Assembly: GCF_009914755.1 (NCBI RefSeq)
Contig: NC_060935.1
Direction: 5' to 3' (one strand)
DNA: 64,000 nt
DNA from: the human T2T-CHM13v2.0 reference genome, Homo sapiens
Of this stretch, positions 26,951-42,419 are shown piece by piece. Made by a program: the position numbers and the translations under genes. The stretch's first letter is position 1, and every line of letters begins with the position of its first letter. The notes beneath the pieces were generated by a model that worked only from the letters and a program-made list of their open reading frames with translations, was not told the DNA's origin and ran no database searches.

Positions 26951-28781
26951 GCAAAAATCACTTATGTTAGTTTCTTCTAAACAAGAAAGATAAACTGAAA
27001 AAAAACCTTAGAAGTTGTTTATTTTATATGGATAAATAATGCTTAGCATTTTTTTACATTAGCGAATAATATGGGAATGGAAAATATAACAAATAACACT
27101 AGTTGCTAATCTTATTGCCATATTTTTATTGTAGGTGGTTCTCACAAATGCATTGTTAAAAGTATGAGAGTGGTGCAATATGACTGCCAAAAATTCTCAC
27201 CACACTATAGGATTAGTTTTCTACAAGTTGATAATGATCTTTCTTTAAGGGGTATAGTTGCTTTAGCATTCTTTCAGGATATTCCATAATCTCAGAACTT
27301 GAGAATTTCTTTTTCTAACACAACTATATTAGATATTTGAAATACGTAATTCGGGATTAACTCTGTAAAGGAAAGACATGTGGAGGATTATAATATAGGA
27401 AGGACAATCCACGTGAGAGCCAGGATTAAGGAGAGGGTTACTGGACAAGGCATAGCGGATATTATATAGCTGTACTTCTGAAACTGCACATACCTACTTT
27501 GAGCATTCTTTCTTCAATTAAGATCACCTTCCACCTTGGCATGGCCAGAAAAGAAAACCTGTTGCATTGCTCTTTCTGCTCAATTCTCACATCATTGGCA
27601 CCGATGATAATTTGTTTGGCATGATGATAATTCTGAAATAAGTTATTTTAAGAGGTCAGCTCTACACTTTCAGGGCAGCTCTCATAATCTAGTTGAACTT
27701 CTTTTGGAAAGTCTAGGTTCTAGTAAGAATGATATAACCTAAGGGAACAGACCTAAGTACTGTGCCTTTCTTCTTTACCTATCTTCTAATCACAGGTAAA
27801 GCCCAAAGTAAGAATACCCAGATATCGATGATTTGGGGCTGCTTTGCTCATCATCAGGTTCTATGCTAGAGAAAAAAAATGTTCTGGAGATGTCTTAGTC
27901 TTCAGAGATTTAGTATGTAAATGTAGTACTCTTTTAAGATGATAGAAATCATCTATTATCATCTTATTGTCTTAAAATCTGTCATCTTAAAATTGAAGAT
28001 GATTCTCTATCATCTTCCCTTCCACTTATTAGTCGCATTCAACCAATGGGGAAGCATTTTCACAATGTTTTCAGGAAAGGATTGCTCCTATTTTTGTTTA
28101 GTCTGATATTTGTGTTTCTCAGTCACTCTCACAAATTGATATCTGTCTTGGTTTTTTTTTTTTCAGCTTAGGAATTGTACACACTTCATGGGCACACATT
28201 ACCCAAATGTACCATCTCAAGTGAAACTTCTTGAGAATCTTCTACATGGAACCATCTTGCCTCCACCTTAGATGAACTTGCCCACAGACCCCACAGATTC
28301 TCATATTTCTAGGAACTGGTTGGTTAAATGTGGTCTAACTTTTATTGGCTGGAGGTGACTTACAAAATTTGAAATGAATAAATTATAGCCTTTTTCTATA
28401 AAAAGAGAGTTAAGCTGAATATCAAGACCTGTATATGTGTGTGTGTATTTATAGAAATTTTAAAATCTAGTAAACTTTCTAAAAATTTGTTCCTCAAAAC
28501 ATTAACATTTCCTTTCATATATAGTTGGCTATTAAAAATAAAAACCGCATAGTATTGGCCTCAGATGAACTCTACAACTCATGTAATAGGAATTTGCTCT
28601 GGTCCTAATTCAGTTCCCCAGCAAGATAGATATTATTTGTTAACCCAACATATGATTGTCAATGTGCAGACTGTAAAGATAGACATTTATCCAGACCTAA
28701 ATGCCAATATAACTATACCATAGCACTTACTAGAAAATGCTGTCACTATTCTAGACAGAAATACACAAAATTGTTGTTTAA

Positions 28782-28922
28782 TTTTATATATATCCTTTAA
28801 TTTAGGTTAAGGGGTACATCTGCAAATTTGTTTTATAAGTAAACTCATGTCACAGGGGTTTGTTGTACAAATCATTTAATTGCCCAGGAACTAAGACTAG
28901 TACCAAATAGTTATTTCTTCTG
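28782..28922 (-). mobile_element. Short L1PA15/16-like 3' end
   Basis: aggggtacatctgcaaatttg...aaactcatgtcacaggggtttgttgtaca...tagtaccaaatagttattt. Confidence 0.8.
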
Positions 28923-28964
28923 TAGGGGTCTGCTTTGAGCAGATAATCTAGGCCTTTTGGATTT

Positions 28965-29170
28965 TCATCAGACCTTTGAATTTTGGCAAGTTACTTAACT
29001 CTGTGTGCCTATTTTCATCACCTAAAAAAATGAGTACAATAATTATATACACCTCACAGGGATATCTTTATAATTAAAACAAGTAATCATATATAAAGCA
29101 CTTAAAATAGTACCTGTCACATAATAGATCCTAATCACATAGATATGATTAGGAGATTTTTATTATTAGT
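28965..29170 (+). mobile_element. MIR SINE
   Basis: ttggcaagttacttaactctgtgtgcctattttcatcacctaaaaaaatg...taaagcacttaaaatagtacctgtcacataatag. Confidence 0.85.
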
Positions 29171-30168
29171 CTTGGGTCCAAGTTCCTGGATTATATATAC
29201 CAAATACAAAATATCAGACTAAATGTATAAGACCCTGCCAGTTTCCACTTACTCTTAGGTATTACTTCTCATTTATCTCATCTCTTATAGATAAATATAG
29301 ATATTAATAGTTGGCATGGTTGTCCTGGAACCCATCACCTTTCATTATTGGACTGATGAATAATAGAGTCCTAAGAGTAACAGAGAGTTACTCAGAGACT
29401 TTTACGACATTTTCTTCCAAACTCTTCTCATGACATTTAAAATATGCCTGAAGTACTTCACAAAGAGCTTTTGCTCTTACCTTATTTATGTGAATGCTGA
29501 TAATTAAAAATCACTTTCATCTGCCATGATTATATTGTTAAGGTAGAAAAGATTATGCCTTTCGAATGTCAATTAGAGCAGACATATTCAACCTCATTTA
29601 CCAAATTCAGCTCAGAGGCAACCACATACAGAAATCTGTCCTTATTTTTAAATCTCATGAGCAAATCCCCAAAGAATATTTATGCCTGCATTAATTTATT
29701 TGTTTGTTTTTCCTTGTTTGTTCTTTATATTGTGATCTTCAGTGGCCTGTTCTGATTTTTGGTTTGCATTTTGCTTCACTAATGTGGGCAAGAATTTCTG
29801 CAGATTGTTCATATTCTTTAAACCTTCTACTATGCCTAACTAGTTTCTACCACAATGAGCAGCATATTTCCTGAAGTAAGGAAATGATTAAAATTTCTGA
29901 GATGGTCGCCCTTACTCTCACAAGCTATTGTGAGTAAATAGTAAAAGAGGGACTCTCTTAAGCTGTCCACATTGTGAGTTAGTGAAACCTACCTTGAAAT
30001 CATTTTGTCATATTCAATAAAAATTATCTATGCTTTAAATTTTAATCCAGGAATTTTACATCTCGAACTTATCTTAACAAAATATTTGGAGAGTTTAAAG
30101 AGAATTTGTGTACAATTTGTATACTAACTTCATTCATCAAAATAATATTAATAGAAAAGAAAAATAAT

Positions 30169-30475
30169 GTCCCGGCATGGTGAGTCACCCCTGTAATCCC
30201 AGCACTTTGGAAGGCTGAAGCAGAAGGACTGCTTGAGGCTAGGAGTTCGAGACCAGCTTGGACAACATGGCCAAACTTTTTCTCTACAAAAAAATACACA
30301 AAATAGCCCGGCATGGTGGTGTGCGCCTGTAGTCTCAGCTACTGCAGAGGCTGAGGTGGGAGGATCACCTGAGCCTGACAGGCGGAGTTTGCAGTGAGAC
30401 AAGGAGATCACTGCATTCCAGCCTGGGTGACAGCATGAAACCCTGTCTCAAAAGTAAAAATAAAGAAAATAAAAA
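30169..30475 (+). mobile_element. AluJ
   Basis: AluJ diagnostics GGACTGCTTGAGGCTAGGAGTTCGAG and GAGGTGGGAGGATCACCTGAGCC; diverged, with A-rich tail. Confidence 0.93.
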
Positions 30476-31585
30476 TGATGTACCATTACTAGTGATATTA
30501 TATTAAATGGAAAAAAATTATATAAATGTAAATTAATTGTACGTAAATTGTTATGATTATTAGGTATGACAGATAAAGCTGAAATGTTGGCTATCGTTTT
30601 GTCTACTAATCATAAAAATGTGTGTATACATACATATATATATTTCTTTGGAATTTATTTTACATTTGGCACTTCTCCATTTAAACTAATCTTGTCTTGG
30701 CACCTCAGTGAGGGGAGGTACAAAGTTGGAATAAAATAAGTTTAATCTTAGCCTCTAAGCTAAATAATATATTAGGAAAATTGTATGCTAAGTCAAGAAT
30801 CTGTCTTAATTTCCCTTCCTTTCTCTTCTTAGAGAATTAGTAATATCTGGGCTATAGGAGTAAGAAAGAGCAAAATAATTGAAAGCAGGTAGATATAGGG
30901 AATTGAGGTCAGAGAGATTCTGTGCCTACTTTTTTTAATAACTGGGAAGGTGGCAAACTTTACAGGAATTCTACTGATGTTCTTGTCCCATCTAAGCACG
31001 ATGTGAAAGCAGTAAATTAAAATCCTATGTAGGATTTGGGGCATACAGTCCTAGCAAGTGGTAGATGATAGAGTATCATCATTCTGTGCAGTGTATAGTG
31101 ACAGAAATATGGCATTAATAATTTCCAGGTTTTGAGAGTTCTTGAAATTATGATGAGATATCTGCAGGTATCAAAGACCAGAGAAAAACAAATCAATAAT
31201 AGTAATAACCACGAATTTACTAGGAATCATAAAGATGAGACTTTCCACTATTGGTTAAATGGGTATTCAACATAAAATTTAAATTCGGATTAGAAATAAA
31301 ATTAAAATTTTGTATTTTGTCATCTGACTTTATGATCAGCAAAACTGGTGATTAAAAATAATATAAACCAGGAGGTGGAGCCAAGACGGCTGAATACAAA
31401 CAGCTCCAGTCTACAGCTCCCAGCGTGAGTGACGCAGAAGATGGGTGATTTCTGCATTTCCATCTGAGGTACCGGGTTCATCTCACTAGGGAGTGCCAGA
31501 CAGTGGGTTCAGGACAGTGGATGCAGCGCACTGTGGGCAAGGTGAAGCAGGGCGAGGCATTGCCTCACTCAGGAAGTGCAAGGGG

Positions 31586-31822
31586 TCAGGGAGTTCCCTT
31601 TCCTAGTAAAAGAAAGGGGTGACAGATGGCATCTGGAAAATGGGTCACTCCCACCCTAATACTGCGCTTTACCAACGGGCTTAAAAAATGGCACACCAGG
31701 AGATTATATCCCACACCTGGCTCGGAGGGTCCTACGCCCACAGAGTCTAGCTGATTGCTAGCACAGCAGTCTGAGATCAAACTGCAAGGCGGCAGCGCGG
31801 TTAGGGGATGGGCGCCTGCCAT
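31586..31822 (-). CDS. L1 antisense ORF0 homologue, 78 aa, open
   Basis: MAGAHPLTALPPCSLISDCCASNQLDSVGVGPSEPGVGY... matches the primate L1 ORF0 N-terminus (MAGAPPPASLPPCSLISDCCASNQRDSVGVGPSEP). ATG at 31822-31820. Confidence 0.6.
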   Translation of the reverse strand: MAGAHPLTALPPCSLISDCCASNQLDSVGVGPSEPGVGYNLLVCHFLSPLVKRSIRVGVTHFPDAICHPFLLLGKGTP

Positions 31823-32203
31823 TGCCCAGGCTTGATTAGGTAAACAAAGCAGCCGAGAAGCTCGAACTGGGTAGAGCCCAACACAGCTCAAGGAGGCCTT
31901 CCTGCCTCTGTAGGCTCCACCTCTGGGGGCAGGGCACAGACAAACAAAAAGACAGCAGTAACCTCTGCAGACTGAAATGTCCCTGTCTGACAGGTTTGAA
32001 GAGAGTAGTGATTCTCCCAGCACGCAGCTGGAGATCTAAGAACGGGCAGACTGCCTTCTCAAGTGGGTCCGACCCCTGAGCAGCCTAACTGGGAGGAACC
32101 CCCCAGTAGGGGCAGACTGACACCTCACACGGCCAGGTACTCCTCTGAGACAATACTTCCAGAGGAACGATAACGCAGCAGCATTTGTGGTTCACCAATA
32201 TCC

Positions 32204-32271
32204 GCTGTTCTACAGCCACCATTGTTCTACAGCCACCGCTGTTCTACAGCCACTGCTGTTCTGCAGTCACC
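32204..32271. repeat. 4 x 17-bp tandem repeat in the L1 5'UTR
   Basis: gctgttctacagccacc / attgttctacagccacc / gctgttctacagccact / gctgttctgcagtcacc. Confidence 0.95.
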
Positions 32272-32447
32272 ACTGCTGATACCCAGGCAAACAGGGTCTG
32301 GAGTGGACCTCTAGCAAACTCCAACAGACCTGCAGCTGAGGGTCCTGTCTGTTAGAAGGAAAACTAACAAACAGAAAGGACGTCCACACCAAAAACCCAT
32401 CTGTACATCACCATCATCAAAGACCAAAAGTAGATAAAACCACAAAG

Positions 32448-33026
32448 ATGGGGAAAAAACAGAGCAGAAAAACTGGAAACTCTAAAAAGCAGAGCACCTC
32501 TCCTCCTCCAAAGGAACTCAGTTCCTCACCAGCAATGGAACAAAGCTGGATGGAGAATGACTTTGACGAGTTGAGAGAAGAAGGCTTCAGACGACCAAAC
32601 TACTCCAAGCTACAGGAGGAAATTCAAACCAAAGGCAAAGAAGTTAAAAACTTTGAAAAAAATTTAGACGAATGTATAACTAGAATAACCAATACAGAGA
32701 AGTGCTTAAAGGAGCTGATGGAGCTGAAAGCCAAGGCTCCAGAACTACGTGAAGAATGCAGAAGCCTCAGGAGCCGACACGATCAACTGGAAGAAAGGGT
32801 ATCAGTGATGGAAGATGAAATGAATGAAATGAAGCGAGAAGGGAAGTTTAGAGAAAAAAGAATAAAAAGAAACAAACAAAGCCTCCAAGAAATATGGGAC
32901 TATGTGAAAAGACCAAATCTATACCTGATTGGTGTACCTGAAAGTGACAGGGAGAATGGAACCAAGGTGGAAAACACTCTACAGGATATTACCCAGGAGA
33001 ACTTCCCCAATCTAGCAAGGCAGGCC

Positions 33027-33035
<9 letters not shown>
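32448..33035 (+). CDS. L1 ORF1p, C-terminally truncated (195 aa)
   Basis: [13 protein letters not shown]...coiled coil...WDYVKRPNL...[10 protein letters not shown], then a stop created just after the deletion junction. Confidence 0.85.
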
Positions 33036-35841
<2,806 letters not shown>

Positions 35842-36109
35842 ACAACGAGAACACATGGACACAGGAAGGGGAACATCACACTCCCAGGACTGTTGTGGGG
35901 TGTGGGTAGTGGGGAGGGATAGCATTTGGAGATATACCTAATGCTAAATGACAAGTTAATGGGTGCAGCACACCAGCATGGCACATGTATACATATGTAA
36001 CTAACCTGCACATTGTGCACATGTGCCCTAAAACTTAAAGTATAATAATAATAAAATAAAATAAAATAAAAATAAAAAAATAAAAAATAATATAAACCAA
36101 ATAGAGCAT

Positions 36110-38545
36110 CTAGATAAAGCTGGTATATTAAACAGATACATCAAGTTTTGCTCTTTTTTAAACCTCTCTATGCAACAGTATGGAAATTATTTTCAAAACA
36201 TATATCTAGGAGAAAATGAAGAATGAGAGAAAAGTCAACAGTGTAGTTATGAAACCCGAGACCAGATGAGCAAAAGATCAAGGACAGAATGGATCCAAGG
36301 AAAACAATTCCCAAGCAGGCAATGGGGATGCCAATCACTAACCTATTTTACACTTTACAGTCCTCCTAAGCCATAAAATTTGGTGATACCAGGAATCTCT
36401 GAGAGTATGTGTCTGCAGGCATGTTAGTTTAAATAAAGTTAAGTGGTTAAAAGTCAGTTTAATACGAAGCAAAAACCTTCTCTCATTTGTGCAGCCGGAT
36501 GGCAGACTTAATAACATTATAGCAAATGCTTAGCTGAGATTGGAGTATACACCGAAATTAATGGATTAGAACATACGCATACTGACACCACCCTCTCCAC
36601 TTTGATCAGCATTCCCAACTTGGTTTCTAGAACCTGAGCAGCAATACCTTTTCCCAATAAATAAAAAATTGGGCTTTTCTGATATCTGAGTAGATCAAAA
36701 AGACATTCCTAATGTACTGATATTGGTATTTTCCAAAGTTAAGGGCCAGGAAAATCACCTTGCCAAGATATTTATTGTTCATAGTTAAGTCTCAAGCCCT
36801 CATAACTGATAATCACCTTTTGAGGTTTCAATGCTTGAATACAGGGAATCAATCAAATGTTATCAGACACCTGAGGAAAATTGTTCACATAAAAAGGGAC
36901 CACCAAAGAAAGAGGAAAAAAAAAAACACAATTTACAGGAAAAAAAATTATGCAAGGTTAAAAAAAAGCTTCAAATTTTGCATTAATATGTTAGAGAAAT
37001 AGATGTTATTACAATTATAGAACAAGAACATAATATGGTTCAGAAATGAATATACAGGGAATATATAAGCACTCTAAGCTCTTCTACATTAAAAATATAA
37101 AAGAAGGAGAGAAAAAAGTTTATCAGAAAACTTTGAAAATAAAGTTGTAAAAAGCCCCTAGAAAATAGCTTAAAACAAAAAATAGGTAACGAGCTGGAGA
37201 GAAAACACAAATATTAGGGGACCAATCCTATATAGGAATAATAGAACTTCAGAAATAGAAAAGAGAACCAAGAGAAGAAAATCATCATTGAAATATGCAA
37301 GGACATTTCTCAAAAAAGAAAGACAATGCTTAGATCAATGAATGATAGCAACGCACATCATCACTAAATTATAGTGCACATGAAACAAAAAGAAAATTTT
37401 ACAGAGAAGAAAATGTCAGGATAAATGGAGTAACCATATAATTTATTATGTAAATCAGAACCTCTTGGATATCAAAGCGGGTACTAGCAATAATTATGCT
37501 GTAAAAACAGGCATTAAAGGACACTCTTGGACAAATTGGGACACATAATCTATATGTAATAACATAATAAAGATGACTTTATTTTCATAGCAAGATTGAA
37601 AATATAATTTTCAGGTGTAGTTTCTTCAAAATTTGAAGGAAAAGATTTAAAATCTGAAATTCTATTTTTGACCAAAACATATGTTAGTGTAAAATCATTT
37701 TAATATATACCGGATCTAAAATAAAAACAAAACGAAAGAAAAACCCCAAAACATAGTTGCTAGAAGATGTACTCTACTGAAACAAGGGGAAAAAACAATA
37801 AGAAAGGAATGGGGCACAAGAAACAAGATTTAAAAATGAAGAGATAAAGAAATAGTTTATGTTTGAGATTATGGTGAAGGAGGATCCATGGTACAACAGA
37901 TGGAGAAGGCTGGCAAATCTGAAAAACATAGGATAACAGTGTCCCGAAAAGACTCACTTAGGAATATTAATTGATGGAATACATAATGTGTCTAAACTTC
38001 AAAGAGGTAATTAGATAATTGCTGAGGGTTTGGTGTTGCCGTTATTGCTTTAATAAAAACAATATTGAATACCAAGTAAATAAAAATCATACAAATGATT
38101 AACTTTCAGGAAAACAAAAAGTGGTGTAAGAAGAAAGGTTAATTGTGGTTAACTGAATGGCTCTGATGTGAACAGAATTTAGAGAGTCATAGCAAAGTAA
38201 ACAATGAATGTTGATCTAAACAAAATTACAACATGACTGTTTTGAAGACAGGTGAATAGGGAAAGTATGCACGTGTGGTGAGTGAGGTTGAGGGAGGGGT
38301 GTGTGTGTGGAAACAACTAAACTGTCACGTTGCATACGAGGAGTAAATAGCACATCCCTAAAACTAAAAAAATCTGAAGAGATAGCATCAGCATGTGTTT
38401 TTACAGGCATGATTATAAATACCAAAATAATTACTTAAAAGAGATTAAAAAGTGGTTGCTTCTGGTGAGCGTGAAGTGCAAAATAAAAGAAAAGCAGATG
38501 AATTTCTGTTTTTATTGAAAATCTTGTAGAAATAACTCATTCCAA
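36110..38545 (+). mobile_element. HAL1-like / very old L1 element
   Basis: ORF1-like A-rich region (gaaaatcatcattgaaatatgcaaggacatttc) followed directly by a 3' end aaaagtggttgcttctggtgagc...tttctgtttttattg typical of HAL1. Confidence 0.6.
37427..37556. mobile_element. MER94 hAT-Blackjack element
   Basis: gagtaaccatataatttatt...aataattatgctgtaaaaacaggcattaa...ggacaaattgggacacat. Confidence 0.75.
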
Positions 38546-41500
38546 GTATGTTAACATATCTGTTAAAGCTGGTAGAAAATGTTTAGAGGGTAATGAAGAT
38601 GAAATACATAGAAATTGGGCCGTACCTTCGTTTAGGATTCCATGATGCACACAAGATTGTAGGGACTCTAGGCCATCCTCTCTCTTCTCTGTATAACTAT
38701 CAAAATCATGTTTCAGATTAAAGGATATTTGAATCTATGTAATTCATACTTTGAATGGATGCATGATTCTTTGCTCTGTCATCCAGCACTGTATGTAGCA
38801 CACTTAAGCAATAAATATTGTCAGATACATATCTGCACTGTTGCGCTGCCTATAGATTATTTGATTGATGTAGATTAAAATTATATGAGGATATTCACAA
38901 CCTGACCGAGTAAAAAGACTTGGCCTAAGCTAAAAATAAGGGATCACAAAATTGAGAATGCCATCGAGGTAATTAGGCAGAAAGAAACATAACTAGACTT
39001 AGAATTTGAGAATGTGCTTTAATTAAGTGGCAATAGGTTGTGATAGAGATGGTGATGGTGGGGTTCATTATAAGATTAAATTATAGATTTGAAGTCTTCT
39101 GTTGGATAATTAGATACACAAATGTAGTTAGGTTTGATCTAATTATCTTGACTTATGGCCAGTAGACTGAAGTTCAATCTTAAATGAAGACAGGCTATAG
39201 AAACAAATAATGTGAGAATGAAAAACATTTCCATATCTGTTTACAATATGGGTTAAAACACAATTTGTAAAAATAAAAAGGACTTGAATATAAGTAGAAA
39301 AGGTTGGCATAAATTAATGAGAGCGGCTGTGATTAGTGATAGCAACAATGAATATGTGACACCAGTATCACCAGAATTAAATCAAACAAAATTTCAGAAT
39401 CTTTAATTCTTATTGTCTAATTCACTTCTGAAATGTAGATGAGCTTAGTTCTATATAACATATAAAGGAGCTTACAGTGGGAAAAGTTAGATAGATGGCC
39501 TGAGGGTACACAGAACACACTTTGAAGAGCAAGGTGTTAAACCCAATTCAATCTGGTTACATACTTAATGTAGAATTCACTACATTGTAGTGCCCTTCTG
39601 CCTTATGCAGTGATTGTCCTGTTACTGTTGCAAACTGTACTGTACTACTGCCTTCAATATTGCCAATGATCTAAGATGATATACTGAAATTACAGGCAAT
39701 TAATAGAAGTTTTCCATACTTGATTTTGCCAAAACCATCATCTCAGTTCAGTGTTTTGCACATCCCGGGTGTTAAATGCTTATTTTTTGATAAATAAATG
39801 TATGAAATACCAATTGTATTTTTGATGGTAAATATTTGGCATTTTAAAGTTATTTTCCTGGTAGAAAAAGTTATTTTCCTTGGTCAGAAGAATATTCAGA
39901 CCTCACTGTACTCTGTTTCTGACTCACGGTATTCTCTATTTTCCTTAATGCCTTTACATTACTATTTGCATTTAGTAAAATGTCACTTTCCTGAGATTTG
40001 GAGCTTATTCTTCTAAAAGCATGCAGAATCCCAAATTGTAGATCAGATAATCCTTTCTTAAGCACAGGTTTTTCAGTGAAGTTACTTTTATTTAATGGTC
40101 TTTGCTTACGAGATTTTTTTTCTTCTGCTATGAATAACAGCATAAGGAAAATAAATGAAAATTGAAGCAAGCAGTCTTGAGCCTGAGTCACTGAACTTCA
40201 TTTGAGGAAATGCATTTTTATTATATATAGTACATTTCCTCTGAGGTAAAATGTCCATATTTTGTGTGAGGTATATATACAAAATTAGGCTAATAATTCA
40301 TGTACTCTTCTGCATTATAACGTCAAATAAAAATTCCACTCTCTTTTCAAAGTCTGTAAGCTCATTGAGATAAATATTAAGTTGTGATTTATTATATTTT
40401 CAATTCAAATTTATCTAAGGAACAGAACAGCATAAACTTTTTATTCAATATTGAGAGGACATCATCTAGCATGTGAATTCAAAATATGTATAAGAATCAC
40501 CTAAGTGAAACATCCAACACATTGTCTTGTATACAGTATATGTTTGAGGAATAAATTCATTAAATTTTTTAATGCATATATAAAAGACAGAAGGAAAAGA
40601 AAGAAAGAGAAAGAAGAAAAAGAAAGAAACTTCATATATTTTGGTATGTCAACCCCAAGAGTCTGGATAGTATGCTGTATATATTAAGATTGTATATTGT
40701 TTTTGAAACTATATAATTTCAATGCAGTGGATATTATATATATAGGTTCCTTGGCACTACAACTGAATCAACAACTAGGGCAAAACCAAACAAACTCTTG
40801 TTCAGAAAAAAAATGAGAAATATTTCAGTTACATTACCATTTGCTTTTAATATGTCATAAAGACCAATATATATGTCAGGTAACAGACAGCTCTGAAATA
40901 CAATGAATTTTTTTTTCTGATTAAACTTACAAGTGGTTTTACATTTGCTCACGAAGAAGAGGGAAGCAGAGAAAATTGAAGGAAGAGAAAATCAACCTAA
41001 CTACTAAGGGTTCCAAATCACAGAGTGCATGCAGCCCGTGCACCAGTGCAGCCCAGCAGATTATTTGCCGTCAGTTAAGCACTATAAATGAACATTCATT
41101 CAAATGTACTTTAAATGAATCAAAGTCTTTGCAACTGGCAAAAAAGGGAGAAAATAACATAATTTCAGTGAGACAGAAATAATCTATAGAAACGTCAATG
41201 CTCAACCATATTTGGAAAACTATAAGTTACTTAAAGTTGGAGACTAAAATGGAATAAGATATCAATCAAATCTTATAGATACTATATTAAGAGTAAAGAG
41301 TAAATGCCGTGGAAAGTGATTGCACAATGGAAATAAATAAACTTCTTGGAATTACTTCATGGTCATTTGGGGTTGTAGATAGAGTCATCCTTTTATCAAG
41401 ATAAATATTTTCGATTGTTGATTTCTGTTGCATTAGGTCCATGTGCTTTGTGAAGTAGCTATACAGAACATACACTTGAGTGCATATACACACATATTTG

Positions 41501-41635
41501 GTTGGTTATATAAATATAAACTATGGTGAACACATGCAATAGAATATTATGTAGGTGTAAAAAATAAGTAAAAAGTCTCTAAAAGTTGTGACAGAGTAAT
41601 TTTCAGAATATATTGCTAAATAAAAAAAGCAGAGT

Positions 41636-42412
41636 GAGGAGAAACAGGAACACTCATTTGCTGCTGGTGGGAATGCAAAATGGTACAGCTACATTAGATG
41701 ATAGTTTGGTGGTTTTTTTTCACTCCTTAAGCACACTCACACCATATGATCCAGAAATTGCCTTCTTTGGTATTTGTCTAAATACATTAAAAACTAATTC
41801 TCACACAAAAACCTACAGATGGGTGTTTATGGCAGCTGTTTCCAAGATGTTCCTTAGTAGCAGGATGGATAAATAAAATGTGGTAATCCAGTCAATGGAA
41901 TGTTGTTCAGCTCGCAAATGAAATGAGCTATCAAGCCATTATAAGACATGGAGGAAACTTACATGCATATTGCTGAGTGACAAAAGCCAGTCTAAAAAGG
42001 CTACATATTGTATGTTTCCAACTAAATGACATTCTGGGAAAGACAAAAAACTGTTGAGACAGTAAAAAGATCAGTAGTTGATAAGAGTTGAGAGAGAAAA
42101 ATATAAATAGGTTATGTATGATGATTTTTAAGACAGCAAAATTATTTTTTATATTACATGGTGAATACATGGCATCATTTATTTCACAAATTGCATAACA
42201 AGAATAAATCCTGATGAAACTGTACACTTAGGTGATAATGATGTGTCAATGTAGGTTCATCAATTGCAACAAATGTACCACTCTAAAGGGAGATGTTGAT
42301 AGTGAAGGAAGATGTGGGTATATGGAGGTAAGGGCGATATGGAAACAGTAATTTCCATTCAATTTTGCTGTGAACCTAAAGCTGCTCTAAAAAATAAGGC
42401 CTATTTTAAAAA
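41636..42412 (+). mobile_element. L1MC1/2-like 3' end
   Basis: acaggaacactcatttgctgctggtgggaatgcaaaatggtacag...atgtaggttcatcaattgcaac...ttttgctgtgaacctaaagctgctctaaaaaataa. Confidence 0.85.
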
Positions 42413-42419
42413 GCAAAAT

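Larger units (their letters stand above)
31371..32447 (+). promoter_or_regulatory. L1 5'UTR internal promoter (sense and antisense)
   Basis: Complete primate L1PA 5'UTR sequence; GC-rich relative to the window. Activity cannot be shown from sequence. Confidence 0.7.

Noticed and set aside
32204-32271. CRISPR-like or guide-array interpretation of short repeats (also 10841-11007)
   Set aside because: No unique spacers and no cas or associated genes; eukaryotic retroelement context.
35897-35918. G-rich, possibly quadruplex-forming tract
   Set aside because: Standard L1PA 3'UTR feature, partly degenerate here.
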